A stretch of DNA of 64,000 bases from an uncultured Lachnospiraceae bacterium (GCA_946616295.1 CAMOIU010000001.1:17748-81747), one strand, 5' to 3'; shown: positions 1-9,852, counted from the first letter of the stretch. Program-made: numbers and translations. The notes: generated by a model not told the origin, from the letters alone.

Positions 1-636
1 CGCGGCAAGGGCGCCATGGGTATGGGCGGCAAGCTCTACCGTCAGGGCCTGATCAAGATGAATGAGTTCGTGACCCTCTGCTCCAGAGACAAGATCCCGA
101 TGATCTGGGTGCAGGATACCACCGGTATCGACGTCGACAACGAAGCGGAGAAGGCAGAGCTCCTCGGCCTCGGCCAGAGCCTGATCTACTCCATCCAGAA
201 CAGCGGCCTCAAGATGCTGGAGATCACCCTCCGCAAGGGCACGGCTGCCGCGCACTACGTTCTGGGCGGACCGCAGGGCAATGACAACAATGTCTTCTCC
301 CTGGGCACAGCCGCGACGGAGATCAACGTCATGTACGGCAAGACCGCGGCAGGCGCCATGTACAGCCGCCGTCTGGTCAAGGATCAGGATACAGGCAAGG
401 ATCTGCAGGGCACCATCGACAAGATGAACAAGCTGATCCAGGAATACGCGGATCACTCCAGCCCCGCCTACTGCGCCAAGGCCGGTATGGTCGACGAGAT
501 CGTCGATATGCCCAAGCTCCGCAAGTACGTGCAGGCCTTCACGGATGCCGCCTATCAGAATCCCAAGGCCATCTGCCCTGTGCACCAGATGATCCTGCCC
601 CGCATCATCCGTGACTACGATCACACACATAAATAA
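1..636 (+). CDS. gcdA: Glutaconyl-CoA decarboxylase alpha (carboxyltransferase) subunit, 3' part (5'-truncated by window)
   Basis: Frame open from base 1. The sequence GKLYRQGLIKMNEFVTLCSRD...QDTTGID...AELLGLGQSLIYSIQ...RKGTAAAHYVLGGPQ...CPVHQMILPR closely follows the GcdA C-terminus as I recall it from Acidaminococcus fermentans; lies directly upstream of hgdCAB. Confidence 0.9.
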   Translation, partial: RGKGAMGMGGKLYRQGLIKMNEFVTLCSRDKIPMIWVQDTTGIDVDNEAEKAELLGLGQSLIYSIQNSGLKMLEITLRKGTAAAHYVLGGPQGNDNNVFSLGTAATEINVMYGKTAAGAMYSRRLVKDQDTGKDLQGTIDKMNKLIQEYADHSSPAYCAKAGMVDEIVDMPKLRKYVQAFTDAAYQNPKAICPVHQMILPRIIRDYDHTHK

Positions 637-660
637 AGCGATAAGCTGAAGAATCGGAAG

Positions 661-696
661 GATCCGCGGGTCCGCAGAAGAGGGGATCCGCGGATC
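661..696. other. Intergenic GC-rich inverted repeat between gcdA and hgdC
   Basis: GATCCGCGG (661-669) pairs with CCGCGGATC (688-696). Confidence 0.5.
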
Positions 697-733
697 ATTT
701 CCGGTTTATGCTCCTGATACAGAAATCATACAA

Positions 734-1549
734 ATGGAGACAGAAATGGGCGATATCTATACACTGGGAATCGACGTGGGATCTACCGCTTCCAAATGTA
801 TCATACTGAAGAACGGGGAGGAGATCGTCGCCAAGTCCCTGGTAGATGTGGGAGCGGGCACCAGCGGTCCCCAGAGAGCCATCGAGAACGTGCTGGCCAG
901 GGCCGGCATGGAGGAACACGACATTGACTACACCCTCGCGACAGGATACGGACGCAACTCCCTGATGGGACTGGCGGACAAGCAGATGAGCGAGCTCAGC
1001 TGCCACGCCAGAGGCGCTTATTTCCTGTTCCCCCAGGTCCACACGGTCATCGATATCGGCGGTCAGGACGTCAAGGTCATGCGGATCGAGAACGGCGCCA
1101 TGACCAACTTCCAGATGAATGACAAGTGCGCCGCCGGAACGGGCCGTTTCCTGGATGTCATGGCACGGGTCCTGGAGGTCAATGTCGACGAGCTGGGCGA
1201 GCTGGGCGCACAGTCCCAGAAGAGGGTGGAGATCAGTTCCACCTGTACGGTTTTTGCCGAGAGTGAGGTCATCAGCCAGCTGGCCAACGGAACGGACCGG
1301 AAGGATATCATCGCCGGCATCCACCGCAGCGTCGCCCACCGGGTCACCGGTCTGGCGCGCCGGATCGGCGTTCAGGACCAGGTCGTCATGACCGGCGGCG
1401 TCGCCCAGAACCAGGGCATCGTCGGCGCCCTGCAGGATGAACTCGGATGTAAGATCCAGACATCGCCGCTGACACAGTACAACGGTGCGCTCGGCGCATC
1501 GCTTTTCGCGTATCAGATCGCGAAGAAGAAAGCGGCAGCAAAAGCGTGA
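734..1549 (+). CDS. hgdC: 2-hydroxyglutaryl-CoA dehydratase activator (ASKHA ATPase, 4Fe-4S); start may be 746
   Basis: [54 protein letters not shown] motifs. Confidence 0.93.
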   Translation: METEMGDIYTLGIDVGSTASKCIILKNGEEIVAKSLVDVGAGTSGPQRAIENVLARAGMEEHDIDYTLATGYGRNSLMGLADKQMSELSCHARGAYFLFPQVHTVIDIGGQDVKVMRIENGAMTNFQMNDKCAAGTGRFLDVMARVLEVNVDELGELGAQSQKRVEISSTCTVFAESEVISQLANGTDRKDIIAGIHRSVAHRVTGLARRIGVQDQVVMTGGVAQNQGIVGALQDELGCKIQTSPLTQYNGALGASLFAYQIAKKKAAAKA

Positions 1550-1619
1550 AATTCGGCGCGTCTTCCGAAAAATGCAGATGAGGGCGGAAGAGCACCGTTT
1601 TTAAGGAAAGGAGAGGATT

Positions 1620-2981
1620 ATGGCAAAAGAAGTGAGCCCCGGCGTAAAAGCGCTGCGGCAGGTAGTCGAGGATGTCTACGCGGAAGCCAGAGAAGCCAAG
1701 AAGAGAGGAGAGCCTGTGGGCTGGTCTTCTTCCAAGTTCCCCTGCGAACTGGCGGAAGCCTTCGGTCTGCATGTTGTCTATCCTGAGAACCAGGCAGCCG
1801 GTATCGCCGCCAACAGAGACGGCGAGGTGATGTGCCAGGCAGCCGAGGATCTGGCCTATGACAACGACATCTGCGGTTATGCCCGTATCAGCCTTGCGTA
1901 CGCCGCGGGCAAGAGAGCTGCGAAGAAGCTGGATCCCGAGACCCTCGAGGTCGTGATCAACCCCGAGACGGAGAAGCCCTACACTGAGCTCGTTGACATC
2001 AACGAGATCTGGGCTATGCCCGAGGGAGAGGAGAAGGAGAAGAGGCTGGCGGCCATCAAGCCTTATCGTCAGATGCAGATGCCCATGCCCGATTTCGTTC
2101 TCTGCTGCAACAATATCTGCAACTGCATGACCAAATGGTATGAGAATATCGCGCGCATGCACAATATTCCGCTGGTCATGATCGATATCCCCTACAACAA
2201 CACCGTGGAAGTGGATGACACCTATGTGGCTTACATCCGCGGCCAGTTCGACAAGGCCATCCATCAGCTGGAGGAGATCAGCGGCAAGAAGTTCGACGAG
2301 AAGAAGTTCGAGGAGGCCTGCGCCAACGCCAACCGCACCGCCAAGGCATGGCTGAAGGTCTGCGACTATCTGCAGTACAAGCCCGCCCCGATGAGCGGAT
2401 TTGACCTGTTCAACCACATGGCGGACGTCGTCACCGCCCGCGGCCGCGTGGCAGCCGCCGAGGCTTTCGAGCTTCTGGCCACCGAGCTGGAAGAGAACGT
2501 GAAGACCGGCAAGAGCACCCTTCCTTTCCCGGAGGACTACCGGATCATGTTCGAAGGCATCCCCTGCTGGCCCAAGCTTCCCGCACTCTTCCGTCCCCTC
2601 AAGAAGAACGGCATCAACGTCACGGCTGTCGTGTACGCTCCCGCCTTCGGTTTTGTCTACAACGGACTGGACGAGATGGTCAAGGCTTACTGCAAGGCTC
2701 CCAACTCCGTATGTCTGGAGCAGGGCGTTGACTGGAGAGAGGGCATCTGCCGCGACAACAAGGTCGACGGCGTGCTGGTCCACTACAACCGCAGCTGCAA
2801 GCCCTGGAGCGGATACATGGCAGAGATGCAGCGCCGCTTCACCGCGGACCTCGGCATCCCCTGCGCAGGTTTCGACGGCGACCAGGCCGATCCCAGAAAC
2901 TTCAACGAAGCGCAGTATGAGACCCGCGTACAGGGCCTGGTGGAAGCCATGGAGGCGGCCCGTCTGGCCAAAGAGGCGTGA
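1620..2981 (+). CDS. hgdA: 2-hydroxyglutaryl-CoA dehydratase alpha subunit
   Basis: GWSSSKFPCEL, YPENQAAGIAA, DICGYARIS, CCNNICNCMTKWY, HYNRSCKPWSG, FDGDQADPRNFNEAQYETR; AGGAGAGG RBS upstream. Confidence 0.93.
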   Translation: MAKEVSPGVKALRQVVEDVYAEAREAKKRGEPVGWSSSKFPCELAEAFGLHVVYPENQAAGIAANRDGEVMCQAAEDLAYDNDICGYARISLAYAAGKRAAKKLDPETLEVVINPETEKPYTELVDINEIWAMPEGEEKEKRLAAIKPYRQMQMPMPDFVLCCNNICNCMTKWYENIARMHNIPLVMIDIPYNNTVEVDDTYVAYIRGQFDKAIHQLEEISGKKFDEKKFEEACANANRTAKAWLKVCDYLQYKPAPMSGFDLFNHMADVVTARGRVAAAEAFELLATELEENVKTGKSTLPFPEDYRIMFEGIPCWPKLPALFRPLKKNGINVTAVVYAPAFGFVYNGLDEMVKAYCKAPNSVCLEQGVDWREGICRDNKVDGVLVHYNRSCKPWSGYMAEMQRRFTADLGIPCAGFDGDQADPRNFNEAQYETRVQGLVEAMEAARLAKEA

Positions 2982-3001
2982 GAGAGAGGAGGCAGAGGCA
3001 A

Positions 3002-4150
3002 ATGAGTAATTTGGATAATCTCTTTAATAAATTTGAACAGGCCGCTTCTTCTCCCGCGGGACAGCTGGCGGCTTACAAGGCACAGGGCAAGAAGGCCATC
3101 GGCGTTCTTCCCTATTACGCACCGGAAGAGCTCGTCTATGCGGCGGGCATGGTCCCCTTCGGCATGTGGGGATCCAACAAGAAGACCATCAGCAGAGCCA
3201 AGGAATACTGCGCGACCTTCTACTGCACGATCGCACAGCTGGCCGTGGAAATGCTGCTGGACGGCACCATGGACGGCCTGAGCGGCGTGATCACCCCTAC
3301 GATCTGCGATACCCTCCGTCCCATGAGCCAGAACATCCGTATCTCCATGTCCGACAAGATGCCGGTCATCTTCCTGGCGCATCCGCAGAACCGCTTCGAT
3401 GAGAACGGCCTGCGCTTCACCGTCAGCCAGTACACCAACATCCGGAAGAGACTCGAGGAGATCGCGGGCCACCCGATCACCGATGACGACATCCGCGAGG
3501 CGATCAAGGTCTACAATGCCTGCCACGTCGAGCAGCGCCGCTTCGTCAAGCTCGCCGGCGAGCATCCCGAGGCAGTCTCCGCCGTGAAGAGATCCGCAGT
3601 CCTGAAGGCGGGCTGGTTCACTCTCAAGGATGAGTACACCAAGATGCTGAAGGAACTGAACGACGAACTGGAAGCTCTGCCCAAGGTCGCATGGCCCGGC
3701 ACCAAGGTCGTCGTCTCCGGCATTATCTTCGACAACCCGGTCCTGCTGCAGATCTTCGACGACTATCAGATCGCGATCGTGGCGGATGATGTTGCCCACG
3801 AGAGCCGCACCTTCAAGACGGATATCCCGGACGACGCGGATCCCATGATGGCTCTCGCCAGACAGTTCGCGAACCGTGATCATGACGTACTGCTCTATGA
3901 TCCCGCTTCCGCGAAGAACCGCCGTGCGGAGTATGTGGCTCAGCTCGTGAAGGACAGCGGCGCGGACGGCCTTGTCCTCTTCATGCAGCAGTTCTGCGAT
4001 CCTGAGGAGATGGAGTATCCTTACCTCAAGAAGGAACTCGATGCGCAGAACATTCCTCACATCAAGCTCGGCATCGACCAGCAGATGCGCGATTTCGGCC
4101 AGGCCAGGACAGCGCTTCAGGCATTCGCGGATGTTCTTGCCCTCAGCTGA
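3002..4150 (+). CDS. hgdB: 2-hydroxyglutaryl-CoA dehydratase beta subunit
   Basis: PYYAPEELVYAAG, YCATFYCTIAQ, ICDTLRPMSQN, QFCDPEEMEYP motifs; follows hgdA; ATG at 3002 after GGAGG. Confidence 0.9.
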   Translation: MSNLDNLFNKFEQAASSPAGQLAAYKAQGKKAIGVLPYYAPEELVYAAGMVPFGMWGSNKKTISRAKEYCATFYCTIAQLAVEMLLDGTMDGLSGVITPTICDTLRPMSQNIRISMSDKMPVIFLAHPQNRFDENGLRFTVSQYTNIRKRLEEIAGHPITDDDIREAIKVYNACHVEQRRFVKLAGEHPEAVSAVKRSAVLKAGWFTLKDEYTKMLKELNDELEALPKVAWPGTKVVVSGIIFDNPVLLQIFDDYQIAIVADDVAHESRTFKTDIPDDADPMMALARQFANRDHDVLLYDPASAKNRRAEYVAQLVKDSGADGLVLFMQQFCDPEEMEYPYLKKELDAQNIPHIKLGIDQQMRDFGQARTALQAFADVLALS

Positions 4151-4183
4151 ACCGTGTCAAAGCAGAAATATGAGGTGAAGACT

Positions 4184-5563
4184 ATGAGTAATTCTTCTGC
4201 AGCAAGACAGAGGATCGAAAAACTTCTCGATGCCAACAGCTTCGTGGAGATCGGGGCGGGCGTTCACGCCCGCGCGACCGATTTCAATCCCCGTCCGGCG
4301 GAAGCGTCCTCGGACGGAGTCATCACCGGTTATGGTCTCATCGAAGACAGCCTGGTCTATGTATACAGCCAGGATGCTTCTGTTCTGGGCGGCAGCATCG
4401 GAGAGATGCACGCCCGGAAGATCATCAGGATCTATGATATGGCCATCAAGACCGGTGCTCCGGTGATCGGTCTGATCGACAGTGCCGGCCTGCGTCTGCA
4501 GGAAGGCATGGACGCGCTCGATGCGGTCGCCGGGATCTACGCCAGACAGGCAGCAGCCTCCGGCCTGATCCCCCAGATCAGCGCCGTCTTCGGACGCTGC
4601 GGCGGCGGTCTCGCCGTGGCGGCTTCCATGTGCGATTTCACGTTGATGGAGTCTGGTGCTCATCTGTTCGTGAACGCGCCCAACACACTTGCGGGCAACC
4701 GTGAGGAGAGCAACGATACCTCCTCCGCATCCAGCAGGGCGGCAGCCGGTGTCGCGGACTATACCGGCACGGAAGACGAGGTGCTCGGCAAGATCCGGGA
4801 ACTGGTAGACATTCTTCCCTGCAACTATGAGGACATCGCCGAGGGCGAGAGCGAAGACGATCTGAACCGCGGCTGCACAGGCATCGCGGCAGGGGCTGAC
4901 CCGGCAGCGATCATGAAGGAAGCGGCGGATGACGGCGTATTCGTAGAGATCAGGAGCGCCTTCGCGCCGGATATGACCGCGGGTCTGGCAAGACTCGGCG
5001 GCACGACAGTCGGCGTGATCGGCAACCGCAGCCCCCTGCTCACAGCGGACGGCTGCACCAAGGCCGCTGACCTTGTCAGGTTCTGCGACGCCTTCGGCAT
5101 TCCGGTGATCTCCCTGACCAACGCGACAGGTTTTGCCGCCGCGATCGGTGAGGAGAACCGGGAAGGCAGTGCCGCAGCGGCTCTCACCATGGCACTGGCC
5201 AGGGCTTCCGTACCCAAGATCAATGTGATCACCAAACAGTCCATGGGAAGCGCCTACGCGGTCATGAACGCCAAGGCCACCGGCGCCGACCTGACCTTCG
5301 CCTTCCCCGGCGCTGTGATCGGGATCATGGACGCCGCCATGGCGGCACGCGTGATGGTGCCCGGCGCGGACAAGCTGACCTTTGAGGAGACCAGGCAGCG
5401 CTACGCGGAGACCCAGTGCAGTCTCGCCGGCGCGGCCGCGAGAGGCCTTGTGGACAGCGTCGTGGAGCCCGCGGATCTCCGCAGGTACCTGATCGGCGCT
5501 CTGGAGGTCCTTTATACCAAACGGGTGGATACCCCTGCCGGCAAACACATCAGCCACTGCTAA
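4184..5563 (+). CDS. Divergent acyl-CoA carboxyltransferase (MmdA/PccB-like)
   Basis: ARQRIEKLLDANSFVEIG, DGVITGYG, YSQDASVLGGSIGE, DSAGLRLQEG, VRFCDAFGIPV; several canonical motifs are altered. Confidence 0.8.
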   Translation: MSNSSAARQRIEKLLDANSFVEIGAGVHARATDFNPRPAEASSDGVITGYGLIEDSLVYVYSQDASVLGGSIGEMHARKIIRIYDMAIKTGAPVIGLIDSAGLRLQEGMDALDAVAGIYARQAAASGLIPQISAVFGRCGGGLAVAASMCDFTLMESGAHLFVNAPNTLAGNREESNDTSSASSRAAAGVADYTGTEDEVLGKIRELVDILPCNYEDIAEGESEDDLNRGCTGIAAGADPAAIMKEAADDGVFVEIRSAFAPDMTAGLARLGGTTVGVIGNRSPLLTADGCTKAADLVRFCDAFGIPVISLTNATGFAAAIGEENREGSAAAALTMALARASVPKINVITKQSMGSAYAVMNAKATGADLTFAFPGAVIGIMDAAMAARVMVPGADKLTFEETRQRYAETQCSLAGAAARGLVDSVVEPADLRRYLIGALEVLYTKRVDTPAGKHISHC

Positions 5564-5578
5564 GGGGGTGAAGAGCAT

Positions 5579-5962
5579 ATGATGGAGTTAATGAAGGAGG
5601 CGGGACTGAATACCATCCTCGGAATGGGTATGACCTTCCTGGTACTGATCCTGCTCTCAGGCATTATTACCATGTTCGGAAGGGCCATCACCGCCTTCCA
5701 GAACAAAGCCGCATCCGACCGGAAGAAAGAATTGAAAGAGTCTGCCCCGCAGGAAGTCAGGGAAGTGCCGGCTCCGGCCGCCCCTGCTCCCGCAGGGGAC
5801 GGTGACCTGATGGCGGTTCTCGCCGCGGCTGTGGCCGCCTTTGAGAGCGACACGATGTCGCCGGAGATCGCCGCCGTCATCGCCGCCGCCGTGGCCGCCT
5901 ATGAAGGCAGCAGCGGCTATGTGGTCAGGAAGATCAGGAAGTCCAGGAAACACGTGGCCTGA
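5579..5962 (+). CDS. OadG/GcdD-type (gamma/delta) membrane-anchor subunit of a Na+-translocating decarboxylase
   Basis: One N-terminal TM helix (LGMGMTFLVLILL), Ala/Pro linker, AVIAAAVAAYE and a basic C-terminus; position in the cluster. Confidence 0.8.
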   Translation: MMELMKEAGLNTILGMGMTFLVLILLSGIITMFGRAITAFQNKAASDRKKELKESAPQEVREVPAPAAPAPAGDGDLMAVLAAAVAAFESDTMSPEIAAVIAAAVAAYEGSSGYVVRKIRKSRKHVA

Positions 5963-6021
5963 TATCCGCCCGTCTGTTATTTGAAAAGCCTGAGAAGGCT
6001 GTCTGTTTAAGGAGGAAAGAA

Positions 6022-6432
6022 ATGAAGACTTATACGATCACTGTTAATGGTGTTGCTTACGATGTGACCGTGGAAGAGACCGGCGCGGCCGCAGCCGCTC
6101 CCGTGATCCGCAGCGCCGCTCCCGCAGCGCCCGCCCCGGCTGCTCCCGCAGCACCCGCGCCTGCTCCTGCTCCCGCACCTGCCCCCGCTCCCGCTCCCGC
6201 CAAGGCTGCCGCAGCCGGCGCTCACAAGCTGGAAGCCGGCGCGGCCGGTAAGGTCTTCAAGATCGAGAAGAAGGTCGGCGACGCCGTCAAGAAGGGCGAT
6301 GCCGTTATCATTCTCGAGGCCATGAAGATGGAGATCCCCATGGTGGCTCCCGCTGACGGCACCGTCGCCAGCATTGACTGCCAGGTGGGCGATCCTGTGG
6401 AAGCCGGTGCTCTTCTGGCAACGATCGGATGA
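6022..6432 (+). CDS. Biotin carboxyl carrier protein of a Na+-translocating decarboxylase
   Basis: YTITVNGVAYDVTVEE N-terminus, AP-rich linker, EAMKM biotinylation motif. Confidence 0.92.
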   Translation: MKTYTITVNGVAYDVTVEETGAAAAAPVIRSAAPAAPAPAAPAAPAPAPAPAPAPAPAPAKAAAAGAHKLEAGAAGKVFKIEKKVGDAVKKGDAVIILEAMKMEIPMVAPADGTVASIDCQVGDPVEAGALLATIG

Positions 6433-6478
6433 TCTCTGTCCCCTGTAACAGAGGTCTTCAGAGTACCGGAGGCAGTAT

Positions 6479-7624
6479 ATGGATTATATCGTAAATACAC
6501 TGGATAACCTATTGCACCAGACCGCCTTTCTGAGTCTGACTCCCGGGAACTACCTGATGATCGCCGTTGCGTGCATCTTCCTGTATCTTGCGATCGCGCA
6601 TGATTTCGAGCCCCTGCTGCTCGTCCCGATCGCATTCGGCATGCTGCTCGTCAACATTTATCCCGATATCATGGCGGCTCCCACGGAGACCTCGGCCGGC
6701 GGACTGCTGCACTATTTCTTCCAGCTGGATGAGTGGGCCATTCTGCCCTCACTGATCTTCATGGGCGTGGGTGCCATGACGGACTTCGGTCCGCTGATCG
6801 CCAATCCCATGAGCTTCCTGCTGGGAGCGGCCGCACAGTTCGGTATCTTTGCCGCCTACTTCGGAGCTATCGCTCTGGGCTTCAACGGCAAGGCCGCGGC
6901 GGCGATCTCCATCATCGGCGGTGCTGACGGCCCCACCTCCATCTTCCTCTGCTCCAAGCTGGGACAGACGGAGCTGCTGGGACCCATCGCGGTGGCGGCG
7001 TACTCCTATATGTCGCTGGTCCCGATCATCCAGCCCCCGATCATGAAGCTGTTCACCACAGATAAAGAGCGCAGGATCAAGATGGAACAGCTCCGTCCGG
7101 TGTCGCGTCTGGAGAGGATCCTCTTCCCCATCGTCGTGACCATCGTGGTCTGCATGATCCTGCCCACCACAGCGCCCCTGGTCGGCATGCTGATGCTGGG
7201 CAACCTCTTCCGTGAGTGCGGCGTCGTGAGACAGCTGACAGAGACAGCTTCCAACGCAATGATGTACATCGTGGTCATCCTGCTGGGCACGTCCGTCGGC
7301 GCGACGACCAGCGCGGAGGCCTTCCTGAATGTCACCACCCTCAAGATCGTGGCCCTGGGCCTGATCGCGTTCGCATTCGGAACCCTGGCGGGCGTCCTGT
7401 TCGGCAAGCTCATGTGCGTGGCCACCGGCGGCAAGATCAATCCGCTGATCGGCAGCGCGGGCGTTTCGGCCGTTCCCATGGCGGCGCGCGTCTCCCAGAA
7501 GGTGGGTGCGGAGTATGATCCCACCAACTTCCTGCTGATGCATGCCATGGGCCCGAACGTGGCCGGCGTTATCGGCACGGCAGTCGCGGCCGGCGTGTTT
7601 ATGGCGGTGTTTGGAATTGTATAA
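6479..7624 (+). CDS. Na+-translocating decarboxylase beta subunit (OadB/GcdB/MmdB family)
   Basis: FEPLLLVPIAFG, GAMTDFGPL, IIGGADGPTSIF, AYSYMSLVPIIQPP, NPLIGSAGVSAVPMAAR, MGPNVAGVIG motifs; strongly hydrophobic. Confidence 0.95.
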   Translation: MDYIVNTLDNLLHQTAFLSLTPGNYLMIAVACIFLYLAIAHDFEPLLLVPIAFGMLLVNIYPDIMAAPTETSAGGLLHYFFQLDEWAILPSLIFMGVGAMTDFGPLIANPMSFLLGAAAQFGIFAAYFGAIALGFNGKAAAAISIIGGADGPTSIFLCSKLGQTELLGPIAVAAYSYMSLVPIIQPPIMKLFTTDKERRIKMEQLRPVSRLERILFPIVVTIVVCMILPTTAPLVGMLMLGNLFRECGVVRQLTETASNAMMYIVVILLGTSVGATTSAEAFLNVTTLKIVALGLIAFAFGTLAGVLFGKLMCVATGGKINPLIGSAGVSAVPMAARVSQKVGAEYDPTNFLLMHAMGPNVAGVIGTAVAAGVFMAVFGIV

Positions 7625-7625
7625 A

Positions 7626-7774
7626 ACAGCGGGTGTTGAGTTCAGTTTCTCATTTTGAACCCGCTGTCGCAGGTTGCCGCCATTGGACGGCAACCTGTCA
7701 CTACGCACTGAATCGTTCATCACTGTGAACCCGCTGGCGCAGGTTTCCGCCACCACGCGGCAACCTGTCACTAC
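7626..7774. repeat. Two 49-bp direct repeats (70-bp period), each holding a hairpin, overlapping a further inverted repeat
   Basis: TGAACCCGCTG.CGCAGGTT.CCGCCA....CGGCAACCTGTCACTAC at 7656-7704 and 7726-7774; the internal stem is CAGGTTGCCG/CGGCAACCTG; ACAGCGGGT (7626) pairs with ACCCGCTGT (7659). Confidence 0.8.
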
Positions 7775-7872
7775 TGTTCCAAACTCCTGCGCAGCAGGAG
7801 TCTGGAACCGGGTGCTGATTCACAGCAAGTGACCCGCCGCACATTGGATGTTTTATGAAAGGGAATAACCAT

Positions 7873-9285
7873 ATGGCAACAAGTGGAAAAAAACCGATCA
7901 GGATCACAGAAACGATCCTGCGGGACGCGCATCAGTCCCTGATCGCCACCAGAATGCCCACCGATATCATGCTTCCCATTATCGGGAAGATGGATCAGAT
8001 CGGGTATGAAGCGGTGGAGTGCTGGGGCGGCGCGACCTTTGATTCCTGTCTCCGGTTCCTCCACGAGGATCCGTGGGAGAGGCTGAGAAAGCTCCGCGCG
8101 GGCTTCAAAAAGACCAAACTGCAGATGCTCCTGCGCGGGCAGAACCTGCTCGGCTACCAGAACTATCCGGATGACGTGGTGGAGTATTTTGTCCAGAAGT
8201 CCATCGCCAACGGCATCGACATCATCCGTATCTTCGACTGCCTGAATGACCTCAGGAACCTGGAGACGGCTGTCCGTGCCACCAAGAGGGAGAGCGGCCA
8301 CGCGCAGATCGCGCTGTCCTACACCCTGGGCGGTGCCTATACGGAAGAGTACTGGACCGATATCGCCCGCCGCATCGAGGATATGGGCGCGGATTCCATC
8401 TGCATCAAGGATATGTCCGGCCTGCTCCTTCCTTATGACGCGGAGCATCTTGTGCGGACCCTGAAGGCGGCCACCAAGCTGCCGATCGAGCTGCACACCC
8501 ACTACACCTCCGGCTGCGGCAGCATGACCTACATGAAGGCCGCGGAAGCGGGCGTGGACATCATTGATACCGCCATCAGCCCCTTCGCCCTGGGTACCTC
8601 CCAGCCCGCGACGGAAGTCATGGTCGGTGCTTTTGCCGGTACACCGTATGACACCGGACTGGACCAGGCCAAGCTCAAGGAGATCGCGGACTACTTCACC
8701 CCTTACAGGGAGGAGTGCCTGGAGAACGGTCTCATGAGCACCAAGGTGCTGGGCGTCAACATCCGCACCCTCCTCTATCAGGTGCCCGGCGGCATGCTCT
8801 CCAACATGGTGAGCCAGCTCAACGAGCAGGGCGCCGGAGACAGGCTGACAGAGGTGCTGGAGGAAGTGCCGAGAGTCCGCAAGGACCTGGGCGAGCCCCC
8901 GCTGGTGACACCTTCGTCCCAGATCGTGGGCACACAGGCCGTCATGAACGTCCTGTTCGGCGAGCGCTACAAGGTGGCTTCCGAGCAGACCAAGGACCTG
9001 TGCAGAGGCAAGTACGGCCAGACCATCGTTCCCATGAACGAGGAGGTCGTGAAGAAGATCATCGGCGACGAGGAGAGGATCACCTGCCGTCCCGCCGACC
9101 TGATCGAGCCCCAGCTGCCCAAGTTCGAGGAGGACGTGGCCCAGTGGAAGCAGCAGGATGAGGACGTTCTGTCCTACGCCCTGTTCCCGCAGGTGGCCGT
9201 GGACTTCTTCAAGTATCGTCTGGCACAGCAGCAGGGCGTGGATCTCACCAAGGCCGACAGCGGCAATGGTGCCTATCCTGCTTGA
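7873..9285 (+). CDS. oadA: Oxaloacetate decarboxylase alpha-like carboxyltransferase without a biotinyl domain
   Basis: ITETILRDAHQSLIATRM, ECWGGATFD, ICIKDMSG, LHTHYTSG, QVPGGMLSN, PPLVTPSSQIVG; ends with no MKM domain. Confidence 0.88.
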   Translation: MATSGKKPIRITETILRDAHQSLIATRMPTDIMLPIIGKMDQIGYEAVECWGGATFDSCLRFLHEDPWERLRKLRAGFKKTKLQMLLRGQNLLGYQNYPDDVVEYFVQKSIANGIDIIRIFDCLNDLRNLETAVRATKRESGHAQIALSYTLGGAYTEEYWTDIARRIEDMGADSICIKDMSGLLLPYDAEHLVRTLKAATKLPIELHTHYTSGCGSMTYMKAAEAGVDIIDTAISPFALGTSQPATEVMVGAFAGTPYDTGLDQAKLKEIADYFTPYREECLENGLMSTKVLGVNIRTLLYQVPGGMLSNMVSQLNEQGAGDRLTEVLEEVPRVRKDLGEPPLVTPSSQIVGTQAVMNVLFGERYKVASEQTKDLCRGKYGQTIVPMNEEVVKKIIGDEERITCRPADLIEPQLPKFEEDVAQWKQQDEDVLSYALFPQVAVDFFKYRLAQQQGVDLTKADSGNGAYPA

Positions 9286-9290
9286 TCCTG

Positions 9291-9299
9291 TGTTATAAT
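9291..9299 (+). promoter_or_regulatory. Extended -10 promoter candidate upstream of the thioesterase
   Basis: TG-T-TATAAT. Confidence 0.45.
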
Positions 9300-9408
9300 C
9301 AAACCGCCGTGTGCAGGCCGGAAACCTTCGGGACCCATGTGCCCGGGAGCCGGCCTGCACCTTTTTTCAAGAGAAGCAGTAAGACGGAAGACACAGAGAG
9401 GAGCGAAT

Positions 9409-9840
9409 ATGCCGCAGGATCAGGGCTTATCCCCGGAGGAGTACAACGCGGAGCTTCTGAAGAAGGAGCAGGACATACTGGAGAGGAACCTTTTTGCCAA
9501 GTATAACCATGTCCGCCTGGCCGTCGTGGAAAGAGACCACGTCGAAGTGTATCTGGACATCGTGCCGGAGTCGCTGAACGCGCGCGGCACCGTCCACGGA
9601 GGCGCGTATTTTGCCATGGCGGATGCCTGCGCGGGCATCGTCAGCAGGACAGACGGAAGAATGTATGTCACGCAGACGGCGACGGTTCAGTACCTGCGCG
9701 CCGCGACAGAGGGAAGACTGACTGCCGTCGGCACGGTCCTGCACAGAGGCAGGACCAGCTGCCTCGTTGAGGTCCGCATCCTCGGAGAGGATGAGAAAAC
9801 GGTATTTATAGGAACATTCCTGTCTCACTGCCTGGGGTAA
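9409..9840 (+). CDS. PaaI-family (hotdog-fold) thioesterase
   Basis: LNARGTVHGGAYFAMADAC motif, YLRAATEG, HRGRTS; ATG at 9409 after GAGGAG. Confidence 0.88.
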   Translation: MPQDQGLSPEEYNAELLKKEQDILERNLFAKYNHVRLAVVERDHVEVYLDIVPESLNARGTVHGGAYFAMADACAGIVSRTDGRMYVTQTATVQYLRAATEGRLTAVGTVLHRGRTSCLVEVRILGEDEKTVFIGTFLSHCLG

Positions 9841-9852
9841 TAATCAGAAAAG

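Noticed and set aside
6080-6220. GCTCCC/GCCCC low-complexity repeat
   Set aside because: It encodes the ordinary Ala-Pro linker of decarboxylase biotin carriers.
7771-9360. Long antisense ORFs (also 1386-2783, 2783-4060, 4157-5578, 37085-38446, 38711-40297, 52646-54358)
   Set aside because: Shadow frames of GC-rich or repetitive genes with clear sense-strand products; no motifs.
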